NCBI GenBank assembly: GCA_964016885.1
Contig: OZ024742.1
Location: 213,466,001 to 213,530,000, forward strand
DNA: 64,000 bases
From: Eledone cirrhosa
Taxonomy: Eukaryota
Direction: 5' to 3'
Shown: positions 60,863 to 64,000 of the stretch, one piece after another
Layout of the letters: each line of letters opens with the position of its first letter
Numbering within the stretch: the stretch's first letter is position 1
The notes under the pieces: generated by a model
What the model saw: the letters and a program-made list of their open reading frames with translations, nothing else
What the model was told of the DNA's origin: nothing
The model's database searches: none
Position numbers and translations under genes: made by a program

Positions 60863-61618
60863 TATAATATATCTGCAATGCTAGCTAACCATTTGAAGGA
60901 TTGTCTAAACGGTAGTAGAAAAACCACTACTGTTCTGCAATAAAATTCTTTCATTTCCCCTTGCTTACAGAGACTAATGAAACATTAAATCTTAATTGAA
61001 TTAATTTAAATAATTAAATTAATTAAAACTTTAAAATTTAATTAACGTAGTAGAAATTACTAGCGAACAGAAAAAATATACAAAATCTGCTGCAGGCCCA
61101 TAGATGAAGAAAAGAAGACAGCATAACAATATATATAATTGGAATGTTTACCTGACAGGCAGGTGTGTATAGTTCACCTAAATTAACCCCCAAAATACCG
61201 AAGTATTAATCAGAACCATCAGTTTTTTTGAAGCCTAATTGTAGCCTAATTATGCCTCTGCATATAATCTTGAATGAGTTACCAATTGTGTATTTGTTTA
61301 TGTTTTTTATTGTTTAGTCAAATGTGGCGGCGGGGACGGTGTCTATGAACTTGATCAGAGCTTCAAATGCTGATGTAGGGAGAGGAAGAAGTCGTTGCAT
61401 CACCATGGACTTCAATCGAATGCTTTTTAACAAAGTAGACTCCGTTAAATGTAGCCACGTATCACGGGTGGTGATGCCAAGCAGGTCAAACAATTAAGTC
61501 TAACACACTACGTTTTAAACAAAAAACTTTATGAAATTAGGATTTTAAGTATCACGAGCTAGGCAGTAACAGTAGCATTATGATCTTAATTTCCATCTGT
61601 CATTCAATGAAGAACACG

Positions 61619-61703
61619 TTCTTCTTCTTCTTCTTCTTCTTCTTCTTCTTCTTCTTCTTCTTCTTCTTCTTCTTCTTCTTCTTCTTCTTCTTCTTCTTCT
61701 TCT
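61619..61703. repeat. (CTT)n microsatellite
   Basis: Direct reading. Confidence 0.97.
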
Positions 61704-62167
61704 CCAATTAATCCGGGGCTGGAACCCCAAGCGAGACCGACCGAGCTTATGGAAGTTATCCAAGCATCTTAGTCTACCTCTGGGTCTCCTGCTGGTCGGC
61801 TTTGATACGCACATTTAGCCAGATATAAATATTTATCAACTGTTTTCCGTAGATTCAGTCAGTACGTTTTCATTTTACCCAATGGTGGTTATATGATGAT
61901 ATTATGAATGCACTTAACTCTACTTTCTTCGAAGTAGATAACATTATACTGCAGCAGTAGACATACAAATGCCAATGACTTTTTAAATAATTAATGTACA
62001 AACTACCTAGTAAGATTATTTTAATAGCTAATAGCTTTTGTAGAAATTCATGAAAACAACCCAACTGTGTTTCCTTAACAGGCTGGCTTCTGGGCGGTAA
62101 GACACAGTTCAGATTTTAACTCTTCAATATTTGAGTTAATGCCAAGTAAGGAAAGAAGTAACTCAAG

Positions 62168-62369
62168 CTGCTGCTGCTGCTGGTGCTGCTGCTGCTTCTT
62201 CTTCTTCTTCTTCTTCTTCTTCTTCTTCTTCTTCTTCTTCTTCTTCTTCTTCTTCTTCTTCTTCTTCTTCTTCTTCTTCTTCTTCTTCTTCTTCTTCTTC
62301 TTCTTCTTCTTCTTCTTCTTCTTCTTCTTCTTCTTCTTCTTCTTCTTCTTCTTCTTCTTCTTCTTCTTC
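62168..62369. repeat. (CTG)n then (CTT)n compound microsatellite
   Basis: Direct reading. Confidence 0.97.
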
Positions 62370-62699
62370 AGAGCTTCCTAAACTGGTGTGGGAGATGGAG
62401 ATGGGAGTAAATTGGAAATATAGCTCGAACGCGTGCAACTGAGCAGGGGCAGGTGGAAGTGTTACAATGTACGACGGATTAAGTCTACAAATCAAAACGC
62501 AAAGAGACCGAATAAATAACGCTAAGCATCAGTTCCAACGCCCTAACGATTCCGTCCATTAAGCCCCCCCGACTAATGCTATATTTATCCAAACTGGGAC
62601 GATGAAAGAAAAAGATGACCTCAGCAGTTAATAACTAGGATACATATACAGCGAGATTACACATTAAAAAAACGTAACGGAGTTGATATTCTGAATTTA

Positions 62700-64000
62700 G
62701 TGGTAGATGAAATGAATAATGATAGTGGAAAGCCTATGAACCTAAGATTTGTAGACAGGAAAAAGTTAAAAGAAACAACAGCTAAGGTAAACAAGGTCAT
62801 CCCATACCTTGAGGCGAGGAACCTACACCAATGCAACTATATCCTCAAAGCAACCTCAAATGTGGTGAAAACATTACTTGGTATAAAAACGAGAGGAAAC
62901 AACAAACAAGAAAGATCAGAACCTTGGTGGAAGAAACGACTGAATGGTCAAATCAAGGAAATGAGAAAAGACATTGGAAAGCTTGAGTCTTTACTGAATG
63001 GGACATATAAAACATAGACACTAAAGATAGATTGAAAAATAAAATACGAAACTAGGGGAAAAGAGCTAAATGTTATCATAGAGGAACTGAAGCAACGCAT
63101 TGTAGCAAAAAGTGCAAAGATTAGGTGGTATGAGAACAGAGTTAGTCAGTATAGACAGAACCGCATGTTTGACAACAACCAGAAGATGTTGTTTGAACAG
63201 CTTGAAGGGGAAGAAAGAGGCAACGACGTGATCCCTGACGCTGAACAGACTAACACATTCTGGAGAGGAATATGGAAGCAGGATGTTGAAGTTAATAGTC
63301 ATGCAGTGTGGATTGAGACAGTTCAAAGGAGATAGGTGAACAAGCACACCAACAACCTGATTTGAGTATCACAGTTGAAACTCTTAAAGAGCAGGCAACA
63401 AAACTAACAAACTGGAAATCACCAGGCCCAGATGGTGTGCAAGGGATTAAAAATATAACATCGCTCCACCAAAAACTGACAACCATGTTCAATGACTGCT
63501 TGATGTCGGGTGAGGTACCAGAGTGGTTGACAAAAGGTACCACAGTTCTGGTAATGAAAGACCGAATCAAGGGTAATGATGTTACCAGCTATAGACCTAT
63601 CACATGTCTGTCCGTAATGTGGAAACTGTTAACAAGCATTGTGTCTGAGGAAATCTACTATAACCTCCACATAAACAACTTTTTATCGGACGAACAGAAA
63701 GGATGCCGAAAGAAGTCCCGTGGTACAAAAGACCAGAGGAATTGCATGGGATGGATAGATTACAAAAAGGCATTCGACATGGTATCTCATTCTTGGATAA
63801 CCAAAAGCCTAGAGATCTTCAAGGTGGCAGACAACATCAGACAGCTATTAAGTAAAAGTATGAAGTCCTGGGAAGCAGAGTTAACATCAGGTGGAGAATT
63901 CTTGGGAGGTGTGAAGATCAAGAGAGGTATTTCCAGGGAGATAGTTAGTCCCCTTTGTTGTTTGTTCTTGCCCTTATACCCCTGTCCGTCATATTGCAAA
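62700..64000 (+). pseudogene. Decayed R4/Dong-like (RLE-type) non-LTR retrotransposon, continuing beyond the window
   Basis: EPWWKKRL, RQNRMF, NWKSPGPDGVQG, YRPITCL..MWKLLT, EQKGCRK, IDYKKAFDMVSHSWI, RGIFQGDS.SPL; frameshifts and stops. Confidence 0.85.

Noticed and set aside
62139-62495. Poly-E, poly-L and poly-F ORFs
   Set aside because: Translations of (CTT)n

Overview
AT-rich, microsatellite-dense animal genomic DNA. The dominant tRNA-derived SINE looks like the octopus-type family, so an octopod cephalopod is inferred, not proven. No intact host gene is evident, and nearly all ORF-track entries are translations of (TA)n/(CA)n/(CTT)n. Recognisable content: about 20 copies of a tRNA-derived SINE; decayed RTE-type LINEs (50.2-52.9 kb, 15.4-16.2 kb, 46 kb); an R4/Dong-like RLE LINE running off the right end; two non-autonomous Helitrons (one of 4.1 kb with a GC-rich higher-order minisatellite); and four Penelope-like element (PLE) remnants with GIY-YIG/RT coding. 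The main hidden signal is that most short inserts between (TA)n tracts carry a type I hammerhead ribozyme (HHR) fold. About ten unrelated sequence families are present, several with compensatory stem changes between diverged copies, palindromic stem III and non-canonical stem II bases. Two families form retrozyme-like head-to-tail arrays (553-bp and about 510-560-bp units) that switch strand at or inside the ribozyme. All folds were made by eye and no activity is demonstrated.
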